DNA of 64,000 nt from Octopus sinensis (lineage: Eukaryota): assembly GCF_006345805.1 (NCBI RefSeq), contig NC_043012.1, positions 32,798,001 through 32,862,000 on the forward strand. The letters run 5' to 3'. Below are positions 14,297-29,033 of this stretch, piece by piece. Position 1 is the stretch's first letter, and each line of letters starts with the position of its first letter. The position numbers and the translations under genes are program-made. The notes beneath the pieces were generated by a model. It did no database searches. It saw nothing but the letters and a program-made list of their open reading frames with translations, and was not told the DNA's origin.

Positions 14297-15285
14297 GACT
14301 TTCCTGTCAAAGCTGACATATAAGCATTTAGCTTTTGCCAATCAACCTGCACAAATAATTTGTTTATAGTGATCAAATGTTCGTGCTGCACACCAGTTCA
14401 CTCTCTCTCCATCAAATCAATGTTGTCTGAACAGGTGCACTGTGTACCACACGTCAGGTGTCAAAGTGGTCACAGAGCAATGTGAAATGAAGTGTTTTGC
14501 TCAAGAACACAACAAACAACCCAGTCTTGGAATTGAAATCACAATCTAACGATCATAAGTGCACTATGATCGCTAAGCCATGTGCCCTCACTCACACACA
14601 TACGCACACGTATATGTATACCGTACTTTAAATATTTATCAGTCTTATGATAAATAGAAATCTATCTAATAATTTTTCAGTTTTGATCCTTAGTTTATTA
14701 ATCAGTTGTGTGTGTTACAAATAATGTAAATTTTTATGTCTTCAGTTGTATTCCATAGTTTAAAGGGTGACACAAGGTACTTAGATAATTTTTATGTGAA
14801 AATGACTAGTAATTTTAGTGTTCAATAACTAATCGCTTCAGGATTACCTGTTGTGCTTTTCACTCATAAATTTTATCAGTTATGGGATGTACTAGTGCCT
14901 TTTAACTGAGTATTTTGTTTTTCATATAGAAACGTTTTTTCTTCATTTAGCCAATGATTGGTTACTATAAAAAATACTTCCCACCTTCTCTTTGACTATC
15001 AACATCTATAAATACACAAAGCTTTATCAAATTTCTTTTGTTATAAACACATCCAATCCTCGTATCTTTCCTAACCACATTTTTGTTTATCTGAAATTGT
15101 GCAATGCAATTTGTGTCACTTTAGTGTTAATTTAGGATTCTGTTACAATCATTCCAGGAGCTTGATAAAGAAATACTAAATATAAAAATTATCATCAATG
15201 GACATTTTTTCTTGCTGCTACATAAATACATAAGGAAATTTGTTGGTTGTTGAAAAGATAATTATTTCTAACTTACATACTTCTC

Positions 15286-15504
15286 TTAACTCTTTAACAT
15301 GAAACTGGGCATACCCAGCCCAATATTCTACCCATTTTATGTTCAAATTGACCAGATCTGGCCTCTCTGCAATATCATTCTAAAAATAAGCAATCACATC
15401 ATTGAAATCTCAAAGCTACAAGATAATGTATGATAAATTCAAAGCAATGTGAATAAATAATAAGCATTACATTTGATAGAGTAATCTGAATGCAAAAGAA
15501 TTAA
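15286..15504 (-). mobile_element. TTAA MITE family 1 copy
   Basis: ttaactctttaacat...gtaatctgaatgcaaaagaattaa. Confidence 0.7.
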
Positions 15505-17093
15505 ATGACATCTTTTAAAGTGATCAGCTGGTTTGTATGTATGACCAGTTCTGTCTTGGAATACCTGGGGGAAATTACTGGTTATTTATCAGTTAAAAGT
15601 ATTTTCTTCTCAGAACTCCAGTCATTCTCTCTTAAATTAACACATCTCTGAAATTTTATTTAGATTTCATCCCTGGGTCCTGCTTGAACTTTTAATGTAC
15701 ATTATTAACTATAAAAACTAATGATGGTGTTTTAGAATAAAATTATTTTCCTTGCAGGTGGAATTTGAAAATCATCAATTCAGATTCATTTTTACTTCTG
15801 TAGCTTGAAGGTTACTTAAAATTCAGTCATAAGAAGATCAACTCTCTTCCATCTCCCTTGTGGCAATAATAAGGAATTCATTATTCATTGCCAGTTCCTT
15901 TGGGAAGCAAGAATATAATTCTCTATTTCTCTTCCCTATAACTAAATGCTTTCATGCATAATTAAGAAATCTTTTCATCATACAATTTCATCAGCTTTCT
16001 AATTTCTGTTTAATTACTCTGTGTACATTAATTAATCTTAGAACGATCATAATAAAAGCAGGACAAGAAATGGCAAAATATATAATTGAAATAAAACTTA
16101 TGAATAATATAGCTTTTATCACTTTATATAAGATTATGATTAAAATTATTTCAAAACTGAGAAATAGAACTTGGTTCAAGCGACTGTCATAGAATCCTTT
16201 GGACTAATTTTATGTCATCTGGCATTAATTTATGCTTATCACTTAGGGATATGAATAAATATCTATATAACACACATATCCTTACACATTTATGTGTGAC
16301 TTGTAAATCTCAAAATGAACTGGCATTTTATCTTCTGTCAAGTACCTCTCTTGCTTCTAGAGTTACAGCTTAGATTAAATTTCATTAGTTTAGTTGTAGT
16401 AATGTAAAAAGGTGTGTCAAGTAAAAATGGGTTGTCTCTTCCCCCACTCCCTGGCCAACTTTTTTATCAGTTACTAACTGAAAAAATGATAATACTATTA
16501 CTGGAGAGGATGTGTTGTTTCTTATATATATTTTGGTTGTTTTATTCTTGTTACAGCATCATCTGACATCAGTTTTCTGAATTAATATTGGAAGAAATTG
16601 ACATCATTTTAGCTTGCATTTCTTGTATATTCACATATAAATTTCCAAAAGTGATATTCAAACTCAAGAGCGAATTCTTTCTGTTACTTAACTACAAAAG
16701 TCAAGAATGACAATGCTTGCAGATAAAACTGTGATGCTTCCATCTAGACATTCACTTATGATATATAAGTATTGTATTTTGATGGTTATATTCCTATGTG
16801 TATGGAAGATTTGATGTTTGGATTGTTCTCCTTGTATGCATAGTTGCCTGGGTCTTCATTGCTGTTGATAATTATAATACATAGCATGTAGGACAGCGAA
16901 GAAGTGTCCGAATCTTTCAAGTGGTTAGAACTTTATATATTGGGTGTTCAAATTTGGCCAGGGCCAACTTTGCCTTTCATCCTTCCCAAAATGAAAAAGC
17001 ACTAGTCATGTACTGGGGTCAATTTGATTTAACACTCCACCCTCAAAATTTTTTGACTAAAAAAAGTGCTCGATATCAATTGTAGAGTTTCGC

Positions 17094-17480
17094 CCAGGCA
17101 TGGTTGTATGGTAAAAAGCTTACTTCCCAATTACATAGTTCCAGGTTCAGTCCCATGGTGTAGCACTTTGTGTTTTCTACTATAGCCTTGGGCCAACCAA
17201 AGCCTTGTGAGTGGGTTTGGTAGACAGAAACTGAAAGAAGCCTGTCATACATATGTCTGTCTGTGTGTCTTTGTGCCTGTGTTTGTTCCCCACCACCTCT
17301 TGGCAACTGGTGTTGGTCTATTTATGCTCCCATAACTTAGCAGTTCAGCAAAAGAGATCAAGAGAATAAGCACTAAGCTTAAGGGTGGGGGAGTACTGGG
17401 GTCAGTTTATTCAACTAAAAGTTATTCAAGGTGGTGCCCCAACATGGCCACAATCTAATAACTGAAACAAATAAAATATT
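17094..17480 (+). mobile_element. SINE A copy
   Basis: Colinear with 3708-4049. Confidence 0.8.
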
Positions 17481-18031
17481 AAAGATACAGCAACTGATGG
17501 ATGTAGTCTACTGTGCATGTGTGTGTGTGTGTGCGCATGTGCGTGTGTGTGCAATTAGTCTTGTTGAGAAAAAATTTAGTTAAACTCAACTGAACTTCAG
17601 TTTTAATGCAACCTTCACTGCAACACTAAGTAAGTTCACATATGCATCTGATATTGTATATACTAATACATAACTCAGAAATGCATATCTGCTTTACATT
17701 TTTTTTTATTTCTTCTTCAATAACATGTTGCATATTTTCATGTCTGAATTTGTACTACTGTTAATATGTTAGTACTGCTGGCAATGCTAGTACTGTTACT
17801 TCAAATGTGAATTGTCAGAGCTGTGGACTGGTGATTATTTTTTTTCTTTCTTTCTTTTTTTATTTTGGACTTCAAAAATTTAAACATAGGCCATCAAGTG
17901 AAGAAAGGAATAACAAAGTTTAGTATTAGTTTACGAGCTAATTAGATGTTTAGTTGGATTGTTGTTATAGAAAAAATATGATGGTAGTTTTCACCATTTA
18001 TTTTCTCTTTTCTATTAGCAACCATAACTGC

Positions 18032-18064
<33 letters not shown>

Positions 18065-19424
18065 TACAATCAATTTAACATCTGTGTTCTTCCATGTTGG
18101 CATTTATAAACTTCGCTATTAAAATATATTCGTTCTCCTGATTGCTTTCATAAAGCCTACTCTTTAGACATAGTTTTAATGTTCTTACCAAAGTTGCTTT
18201 TTCGCTCTATTATTTCACCAGCTGTTATTACGCTCACCACAACCATACTCATCATCATCATCATCATCATTATTCTCAATGGATCATGAATCCTAACTGA
18301 ATTTTCATTCTGTAGAATTGTTATTTGCTTTTAAGTATTTCTCCTTTCACCTTTTAGTTAATATAGAAACATAATCTCTTCCTTCACCGAAATCTGGAAT
18401 TACCTTGTTTTTAGTAAACCAGAATTTGTTAATATACCGAATGTAGTTAGAAATACATTTATTAACTTTTAGTGGAAATGTTCGTGCTGTTCTCTTTCTA
18501 AATGTAGTTGGTATTTAACATGCAGGTGGCTACATATTCGTTCGGTACACAGTTTCCACATTTATCTTCATTTCAAGTGAACATTTTGGAATAAATTTTA
18601 AAAAAAAAGAAAAAAAAGAGCAACCTTGCCATATGAAATGAACGAACGGAATTGACAGTGCAACACTTTTATTGAACATTTATGGGTTTGTTTTTTTTCC
18701 CCAATCTATAAAAAGAAGCACCTTCAAAACGAACAAAAATATAAAATATGACAACTGATTTCAATAAAACTGAGCAGCAGTGTTATATTTGCTGTTGTTG
18801 CTGCTGCTGCGGTTGTTTAGCTGCAGGTGATATCTGATTGAGTAAACCATGATCAAAGACATTCAAGCTGTAACCATTCTCTCTCTCTCTCTCTCTACAT
18901 TGTAAGACAACATTATATGATGTGTTCTATCTATTTTTTTTTAAGTGACAAGTTTAGTGGAATTTAGCTGCTCTTTTTAGCAAGATCAACAGGCTCACTT
19001 GCTAGATTGTTGTCTATGTAGCTGTCCAGTAAAGTGACCAACAACCTGTACAGTGTATAAAATGGTTGATAGACAATCAAGGACAGCAGTAGGAGAAAGA
19101 GTACCTTTTAGTCTTGTCAAGGGCATGACAACCTTTCCAGGACTGATGTCACATTACTACTACTACTACTACTACTACTGCTGCTGCTTACTTTATGTGG
19201 TTGGTGTTAGGAAGAGCATCTAACCATAGAAACTGCCAGACATGGACATCCAGCCCATTTAGCAGGATAATAACTCTGAACAAGAACTAACCCTGGCCAT
19301 AACTCAACTGTACAACCCACCTCGGCATGGAAAGCAGACATAAAAATGATGGTAGAGAAACTAATTTAATTTGAAATGTCATACAAAATGACTGATGCAT
19401 TTTGTCATTAAAGATATGGCCAGT

Positions 19425-19891
19425 TTAACCCTTTAGTGTCCAGATTACTTTGTCAAATGTAATACTTAATTTATTCACATTGTTTTGAATCAATCATGCA
19501 TCATCTTGTAGCTTTGAGATTTCAGTGATGTGATTGTTTATTTTTAAAATGACATTGTAGAGTAGGTGTGATAGGCCAGATTTGGCCAGTTAAAACGTAA
19601 AACAGGTAGAATATATAAGGTGGCAAGCTGGCAGAAACGTTAGCATGCCGGGGGAAATGCGTAGCCGTAATTCATCTGCCGCTACGTTCTGAGTTCAAAT
19701 TCCGCCGAGGTCAACTTTGCCTTTCATCCTTTCGGAGTCAATTAAATAAGTACCAGTTACGCACTGGGGTCGATTTAATTGACTTAATCCGTTTGTCTGT
19801 CCTTGTTTGTCCTCTCTGTGTTTAGCCTCTTGTGGGTAGTAAAGAAATAGGTAGAATATTTGAGGTGAATATGGTCTGTTTAAATGCTAAA
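19425..19891 (+). mobile_element. TTAA MITE family 1 copy interrupted by a SINE B insertion
   Basis: MITE halves flank a SINE at 19615-19848, with TSD aggtagaatat at 19604-14 and 19849-59. Confidence 0.8.
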
Positions 19892-20190
19892 AACTTGATT
19901 TTTGTAAAATTTATTCTTTTTCCCATATAGCTTCATTGCTTTTTTTTTTCTTTCTTTTTTCTCGACATATACATTTTGTGTGTCTTGTTGTTCTAGAAAT
20001 TTCACAACAGAATTAGAAGTGTTGTGGGGTGGGGGGGGGGGTAAAGAGATATTGTGAATCACAGTCTCTTTGAAGAAACCAAATTTTTGTTGGCACCATT
20101 TCGACTAAAATGAACAGATACTGTTATTCCATTGCAAAAAGATTGCAGTTAACTCTGTAAACAGATATTCCTGTGAATTATATTTGCAGC

Positions 20191-20229
<39 letters not shown>

Positions 20230-20384
20230 AAAAGACAAATCTTCTTTTCATTTAACCCTGTACTATTCACATTATTCTGTCAAAAGTAATGCTTATTTAT
20301 TCACATTCTTTTGAATTAATCATGTATTATCTTGGATGAAAGGAAATATTAGCTAATGCTATCTTATACATGGGGAAAAAAAAA

Positions 20385-20780
20385 AGTGGCTGTGTGATAA
20401 GAAGCCTGCTTTCCAACCACATGGTTCTGGGTTCAGTCCCACTGCATAGCACCTTGGGCAAGTGTTTTCTACTATAGCTTTGGGCTGACCAAAGCCTTGT
20501 GGGTGGATTTGATAGACGAAAACTGAAAGAATCCCATCGTGTGTGTGTGTGTATTTTATGTGAGTGTCTTTGTGTCTGTGTTTGTCCCTCCACCATTGCT
20601 TGACAACCGATGTTGATGTGTTTATGTTCTCATAACTTAGTGGTTCGGCAAAGATACTGATAGAGTTAGTACTTGGCTTACAAAGAATAAGTCCTGGGGG
20701 GGGGGCGATTTCTTTGAAAACCTTTTAAGGCAGTGCTCCAACATGGCCACAGTCTAATAACTGAAACAAGTAACAGAATA
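20385..20780 (+). mobile_element. SINE A copy
   Basis: Colinear with 3708-4049. Confidence 0.8.
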
Positions 20781-21959
20781 ACAGGGATGGAGACATGATT
20801 GGAATGATTCTGGATTATATGTTTGAATTGACTTGGGACTAGACAACAACAACAAAAGAGATATTTGCTGTGTTGTGGACTTGTGATGCAAATGGATAAT
20901 GAATGCTGGATGGAGAAGCATTATGTATTGTTAGTGTAGGGGTACCTTTGAGAAGTGATGGTGAAGTTAGATCACATGATACTAAACCTCACAGATAAGC
21001 CGATATACTGTAAAGAATTCTCTTTGTAATCATCATTGTCCAATGTCTACTTTCCCATGCTTGCATGGGTCAGACAGTTTGTTGAGGCAGATTCTCTACT
21101 GCTGGATGCCCTTGTTGCCAACCATCATCTGTTTCTAAGTAAGATATTCCCCCATGACTAGGCATGTTTACATGGAGGATTGAAGATGAAGGACACCACT
21201 TGCATGATGGTGACATTTTTTTTACAACTATTTCTTAAAGTCAAGGTAAGGTGACAGACAGACACACACACATGCAAAAAAAACCCCAAAAATCTGGTGT
21301 CTTAGTCAAGGACACAACACACTACCAGTAATCAAACCCATGACCTTACAATCATGAGCCAAATACCCTAACCACTAAACCATGCACCTCCACCACATAC
21401 ATACATACATTATATATAAGATTGGCTTCTTTCAGTTTCTCTCAACCAAATCCACTCACAATGTCAGCCCAGGGCTATAGTTGAACACATTTGCCCAAGG
21501 TTCCATGTTGTGGGACTGAACCCAAGACCCTGTGGTTGGGAAGCAAACTTCTTATTACACAACCTCATTTGTGTTTTACAATTACAATGCTAACGTGTTT
21601 TAGAATTAGCATAGGGTGAAAATTTGAATAATTACCTATGGCTTCTTGATGAACAGTGCAAGATCAAGACTCTCCAACTCATGCCAGTCTTGATTAATGA
21701 AAGCAAAGCAAATGATGATAGTCCTGACTTAAGAAATAGTATCTTATTTCGGATTGCAATATATTAATTAACTACAACAGTTTGAAATCAGCTGTTGTGA
21801 CTCTACACCAATATAAATTCACATTTAATTCTCTGCAGAGGAATGAATGACCGTTGTCTTGAATCATTAAAGAAGATTAAGGTTATAGTTCTCCTAGTTG
21901 CCGGTCAAGTGATATTTTCACTACATCAATATCAGTTTTTGCCTACATGCAGTCTCTCG

Positions 21960-21996
<37 letters not shown>

Positions 21997-24900
21997 CTAT
22001 TGTGGCATGAACTGGACAAGTCTGCTGTATTGTTTCTTTCTTTTGTTCTTGTCTTTTCCTTGCTGTATCTTTCATTTTAATAATCGTTAGTAGTTTTTAC
22101 CTCTTTGTCTTTATGAACGTGTGTGTTTAGGTGCGATGTAGGTTTGCAACAAAAATATTTCTAAATGTTAATTTGTAGCTGTAAAGATTCATGATATCAT
22201 CACCATAAGACAAGAATATTTGTGTGAGCATGCTAAGCTTGTGCTTTTAGAAGTATTAGTGAGTAGGAAGTGAGTGTCAGACAATTGTATGAGAAACATT
22301 TCAGTTTTTGTTTCATCGACATTATCTGTGAGTTAATGGCAGGCTTATGTTGTTCGTGGTTCATTTGTTCACAAGAAATCAATAAGAGGAATTTGCTGCT
22401 GTGCTCTATGCTGAGGAAAAAATTGGCTATTAATACCAAGTGATGTTAGCTATGTCAGTGCATTCCTTGTACATATAAAATTGTGCAATGAATAACAGAT
22501 AGAAAAATTAATATTTCTCCACGTATCTTAGCAAAATACTATAATCTTTATTTTTCTAGTATTTAATAGCTTTTTTTTCTTTTCTGTACTCTCTCTCTCT
22601 CTCTCTTCTTAAGAAGCTATTTCCTCTCTTTTATTAGTAAATTGGATTGTTAGCTAATTTAGAGTTGTAAACTAGTCTTTTTTTAAATTTTCCTGAATTC
22701 ATCCCCATCCCCTGTTATTTTGCATCCTCGTGTGTGTGCTTTTCTGTATTCAAACGGATTGAATAGATTGAATATAATTGCTTTTCTTCAACTGCTGAAC
22801 CATTGTTAATTTAAACTTTGAAGTTAGCCAAAGCAACCTTATTGGCGTCTTACCGTTCTTTAGTCGAGATCTACACATTCTACATACTGTTTTTTGCCAT
22901 TTCTTTTCATTCGTGTTGTATCACTCAGGTTTATTCTCTTTCATTGAAACACTTTACCTTTATTATATTTGTTTATCAAAATGTAGACATCCAGTTCAAC
23001 TAAAAGCTATTACCTTGACAATTAACCACATTTCTATAGAGTTAATGTGATGGCAATCTGCAAACAAAGCAGGCAACATTGGTTGTAATGAGGATGGCAA
23101 TGGTGTCGTTTGTAATTAAATGTTTATCATTAGCTTCCTTTTCATACATCTTAATTAGTTTATAGATTCTTTGCTTTCAGTTGATTTTATTTTTACCTCT
23201 TGCAATAATAGATCCTAACATAAGTATCTACTAATCCAAAACTAAAGCAGAGTGCCTTACCACATCTCTTTGAGGCAAAAAAAACCCCATCAGTTTTTAA
23301 TGCAAATTATTTCTGTTTTATTAATTAGGCTGTGCACTGGATTAATATTTCAACTTGGTGTACTTCTTTCTAATATTACTTTCATTAGCATGCTCGTTAG
23401 ATAGGTTCACTTTGCCACTGGCTTAATCAAAACAAAACCTGTAGTATTAATAAAAGCAGATATTTTCTGTTGCATATTTGTTTCGGTGTAGTTTAGAAAC
23501 TGTAACATTTACTGGTTTAGATAAAGGAACAGAGAAAAATTCTGTGAATTTCAGTTTGTTGGCAGCTCTTTCTGCACACATTTTTCACCTCTTGAACATC
23601 TATTCCCTCTTCAAGAGAAAATGTTGGCAAAATATTGAATAAGGCAGCTATTTTAGTAAGCTTCTTATAAGTGACTTCTCTGGGGGTTGCTTATCTTCTG
23701 ATACTGTTGCTATTCATGTCTTTTGATTCTGGTACCAACATTTCATTTGTATACTACTAAGAATACTGCTACTCTTGTTAAATGGCAATATTCTCACTAT
23801 ACTATTCAAAAGATTCGTCTTCATTGTTAAACAGAATCTGATTTAGTAGTCAAACATTCACCATGATCTGATAATTTTAGCATATCCTTTTTGAGTAAAT
23901 TAGAGATAGAGGGACTTGCTTGCGGTGATGTGAGTTAGTGCATATCAAAATACCAGATAATTTCTCATTAGTATCAGCCACTGGATTATGGCCATGCTGG
24001 AGGTCTAACTTCAAAGGTTTTAGTTATATTAATCCCGGTACTTATTTATTTCAGTCTGGTATTTGCTTTATCTATCACTATTTGTTGAACAACTAAGCTC
24101 CAGGACAGAAAATGACAACATAATGTAGATAAAGCTAGTTTTTAGACTGGTGTAAAAACATGCACGCACATGCATGCATGCATGCACACACAGGATTTCT
24201 GCACAGTTTCTATTGACCAAAATCCACTCTTAAAGTACAAGTCAACTGGAAACCATGGCAGAAGACACTTGCCCAAGGGACCTCGTAACATGGTCATATA
24301 TCTTCCATTATAGTAAACAGCATATATCAAGGTCTATTTTATATCCCACAAAAGCAGCATGAGCATAACTTACAAATGTTCTTTCTCATTCACCATGGAC
24401 TGACCAGGCGTCTATTTTCTGATTATGATAGATATTTATAAATAGAAGAAGAAAAAAAGCTCAATAGCAGATACAAATAAACCAAGTTGTAAGTTTTGTA
24501 GGTTATGCAAATATGTGTACATGTTCTGATTTTTTGATACTGTGTGTGTATATATATATATATTTTATAATTTGTATATATTTATTTTATTATAAATGCA
24601 AAACAACACCACGGAGGAATTGTAAGCTCAAATAATAAACCACAATATGGCGAGGGTTTACTGTGTTTTAATTTTAAGCACTATTTTAGTGGCCATGAAT
24701 GGTAGAAAAACACTCATGTTCCTGGTTGATTTTTTTTTTTTTTTTTAAATTAATATTTTACATAAATGATATTAGAAATTATCGGATGAAGTAGAAAATT
24801 GAATGATAAAAGAAATTCTTAATGAATTCCTTATTAAGTTTATATCATACCAGAAATTAGAGAGAAATGGACTTGATATCTTTTCACATGGATTTAACTC

Positions 24901-25380
24901 TGGGGTAGATAAATATTTGACATCAAATTAATATTACCTATTTCTAAGCCGATGCAAAATGCTTAGTGATATTTCATCTGTCAAATTCTGCAACGGTCAA
25001 CTTTGCCCTTCATTTTTCCAGGGTTGATAAAATATGTACGAGTTAAACACCTGGGTAGATGTAATCACCTTACACCCTCCTCTGAACTTGCTTGCCTTGT
25101 GCCAAAATTTGAAATCAATATTACCTATTTTTGTAAAATAATTGCAAAAGTTTTCAAATAGTGAACTGTGAAAGTAATTATAAACAGAAAGCAATTATTT
25201 AGACTAATTTGCTCATTAGTTTTATGATATGGTATTTGTTATATAAATGTTTGGTATTACGATTAAACTCAGAGATATAATTATTTTCTTAAAATTTAAT
25301 TTCTTTTACACATATAATTATTTTTAGTGTTCTACACTAGACATAGGTTGGAATTTAAAAAAATATTTTAAGAGCTAATT

Positions 25381-25588
25381 TTAACCCTTTATTACTCAGA
25401 TTACTCTGTCAAATGTAATGTGGTTTTGAATTAATCATGCATTATCTCATAGCTTTAAGATTTCAACGATGTAATTGTTTACTTTTAGTAGGTACAGTAG
25501 GTGCGAGAGACCAGATCTGGCTAGTTTGAACAAAAAACAGGTTCGATATTTGGGTCAAATATGGCCAGTTTAAATGCTAATGGGTTAA
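25381..25588 (+). mobile_element. TTAA-flanked piggyBac-like MITE, family 1 (best-preserved ends)
   Basis: ttaa-ccctttt...aatgctaatggg-ttaa; internal cagattactctgtcaaatgtaatg...ccagatctggc..aacaggt. Confidence 0.75.
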
Positions 25589-26814
25589 GTCATAAAACAT
25601 TTGTTTTCTCTTGAGACCAAGCTATAGAATATACTAATAAAAGCCTGGAACAAGACAGACCTTAACCAGAATGGGTTAAAAACAATTAATGGAAAGAAAA
25701 GAATAGAAAGCTACTCTAATGAAATTTAATTTAGATTGTAATGGAATATATTTTTGTGGTCCTTGCTATTTGCAATTCTGTCATAGGGCATGAAACTTCA
25801 TTAACGATAATTCAAAGTTATTAAAACTCTAATTTGAAAATATATGGGTCGTTAACTTCTCATGAAAAACAAATTATGACAACCTTTTCTAATCTTAGGT
25901 TATGTTTATTCTTTTTCTTTTTCACAGCCTGTACAAGAACATACTGGAATAAATGTAAGTTGGGTTTTTGTTTTTTTTTAGGTTTTGATATAAATCGGGT
26001 TCTCAACCATTTTTCACCTATTTTTTACCCTTTGGTTACTATTCTACCTGGTGGACCCTCATAGCCATTCAGTGTTTATAAACTAGTTTTATAGATACAT
26101 TTTTCAAAATTCTTAGAAAGGATCTACAGATGTTGGGACTCACAGAAGGGATAAAGGGACCTAGACTTCTGATGGTTGGGTGTCCTTGCATACAGGCTGT
26201 TCTCCTGCATCCCTCTCCAGCTGAGCTTTCCTAACCTTGCAAGCTCGTGGGTGCTGGTGCCACGTGAAAAGCACCCATCCTGATGTCACCTAAATGCACC
26301 CATGCCAGTGCTGTGTAAAAGGACTCAGTACATTGTAAAGTGGTTGGTGTTAGGACAGACATCCAGCTGTAGAAACCATGCCAAAACAGACATGGAACCT
26401 AGGAAGCTTTTCAGCTGGCCAGCTCCTGTCAAACCATCCGACCCATGCCAGTATCGAAAACAGATGTTAAATGATGATGATGATGAGTAGCTGAGGAACC
26501 AGAAATTATATATCATCTCACTCTTTCTCATTATCTGTCTTTTTTCTACAATTACTAGATATTCACTTCCCACTCACCCAGTTTGAAAGCATCCAAAAGT
26601 TTCATTCATTATCAACAAACATTTTGGATGATAGCATCCTCTAAATACACACAATGACCCAAAATTTTTGATTGATTCATTTTATTCTGTGCACATCAAT
26701 AGAATTGTTTTTGAAAAGAAAACATTGAAAAGACTATCTCAGTTCTTATCCATAGATTTATACTTATATTCATTCACTTTGTCTTCTACTTCCTCTCACA
26801 CTCTCTCTCTAACT

Positions 26815-26893
<79 letters not shown>

Positions 26894-28999
26894 ATATATT
26901 TATGTATGTATGTATGTATGTATAGCGTTTTTAATACTTTCATGAAGATTCTACAGTTCTATACGGCAACAAGTGATCACTGATGTTAATATCAGTTCAT
27001 GTAAAAAAAAATTCATGGCATCCTATATCTGTTCATAAAATAAAAAATTCACTATAAAGTGACAACATTTGAACTGATGATGACAGAAGTAAAGTTGATG
27101 ATGACAAAATTAAGGGGACAACTGATGATAACAAATCTGAGATTGGCATTGATGGCAAGATCAAAGTTAATAATATTGAGTGGAGAAACCCCGTAAAACA
27201 ACATTAATTTCATATCTCTCTTTCCTACTTCTTAGTAGCTGCTGCTGCTGTCTCTTTTGCTGGATCTGTCATTCCTCAGCTTATGGTGTGTGTGGGTGTG
27301 TGTGTGTGTGTGTGTGTGTGCGGGTTTGATTGTGAGATGAAAAACAAAAAAGCCAGAAGTGGTTAAAACTGAATTGGCATATGGCTCGTGAGAGAAAACT
27401 TATTCTTAAGTATTTAGCATATTCTGTTGCAGTCGTACTAATTTAAGCTTAATTATAATTCCAAACCATCTAATACAAATTTTGTAGTTAAGCTACTTTT
27501 GAAAGATACTTAAGGAAGTCTTTTCAGATTTGGTTGTTAGGAACAATTTTTGACAGAGCCGTTGTTCGTGGGGTGATAAGAATTATTTGAATCGATTTTT
27601 AAGCCTTACTAGATTTATTGGCCTCAGAGGGATAAAAAGTAAAGGTGAGAATGGTAAGCAATTAGGCCGTCAACTATCTTCGTTATTTATCGGTATAATA
27701 TTGGTTTCAAATTTTGGCTCAAGGCCAGCAATTTTCGGGGAGGAATTAAGTCACTGATATCAATCTCATTCCTCAACTGGTACTTATTTTATTGACCTTG
27801 AAAATATGATAGGCAAAGTCAACCTCTATGGAACTCAGAGCGTAAAGATGGATGAAATGCTGTTAAGCATTTTGCCTGGTGTGTTAATGTTTTTGCCATC
27901 TTGCTGCCTTAATTAACCACTTTAATATTAACAAATAAAACTTCTCCCAACTTTCTGCAATTTTAAAGCATTGATTTTCAATTTTGGCTAATTAATAATA
28001 TTATCTCAATTTCATTTATGGTATCTGGTATATAAAGCATCATCAGCAGGGTGTTGATGTGGTTACTTAACCTGCTGGAAATATCAACCAAATCTTCATC
28101 TACTATTTTAGAAAAAAAAAAAAAGGACACAAAGAAAAAAAAAGACAAGATCATGAGGTAGGAAAGACAAAATTGTCAGTACTTAAACCCCTGTAATCTT
28201 AGGTCTGCTTGATCAGAAATGCCATAAATGGTAAACATGATACATTGGAATGGGAGGTGGTAGTGATTGAGGTAATAGAAATGGAGAGAGACAACATGAT
28301 GTAGTTTTAAGCTTGTACTTGGTCTTTGAATTTCAAACGCTGTAGACATTTCAAGAAGTATATTTGACAAGAAATAACACAAAACCCCTATTGGTGCTCT
28401 CTCTCTCGTATATATATATAAGATCTGACTGGCCTGGTGCAGCTTTCGGGCTCCCCAGACCCCAGTTGAACCGTCCAACCCATGCTAGCATGGAAAGCGG
28501 ACGTTAAATGATGATGATATATATATATATATATATATATAGAATGAAATTTGCTTAGAGAGTGCCAACCCAAGATGTTCAAAGCATTTTCATCCCCCAC
28601 CAAAATTTTAGGAGGTAAGCTTGCACTCCCTGCACACCCCTGTTCTCAAGCTGATATATATATATATGTATGTATGTATGTATGTATCTATCTATCTATC
28701 TATCTATCTATATCAGAGACAATTATTCTTTTATAATATTTTTCTCCCTTCTGTTTATATCCCTTACACTTTACATTCTAACTCATATATATATATATAG
28801 TCTGATAAGGGCTAGCAGGCTGAAACTTCAAAATCACAGTTACTATGTAAAAGTTTAATATACTGCTTAGTATAATGGTACAGAACACTCAGCCAGACTC
28901 TGAGAGGTATGGGGTCCAGTTCACTATAGCCACCTGGTGGCAACTTTGGTAATGGTGGTGCCCCAGCATGGTTGCAGCTCTTGAGATGAAACTAGTAAA

Positions 29000-29033
<34 letters not shown>

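Noticed and set aside
15960-15997. Minus-strand CTGATGA...GAAA motif
   Set aside because: Only weak A/T pairing and no coherent stem III or NUH site; expected by chance in AT-rich DNA.
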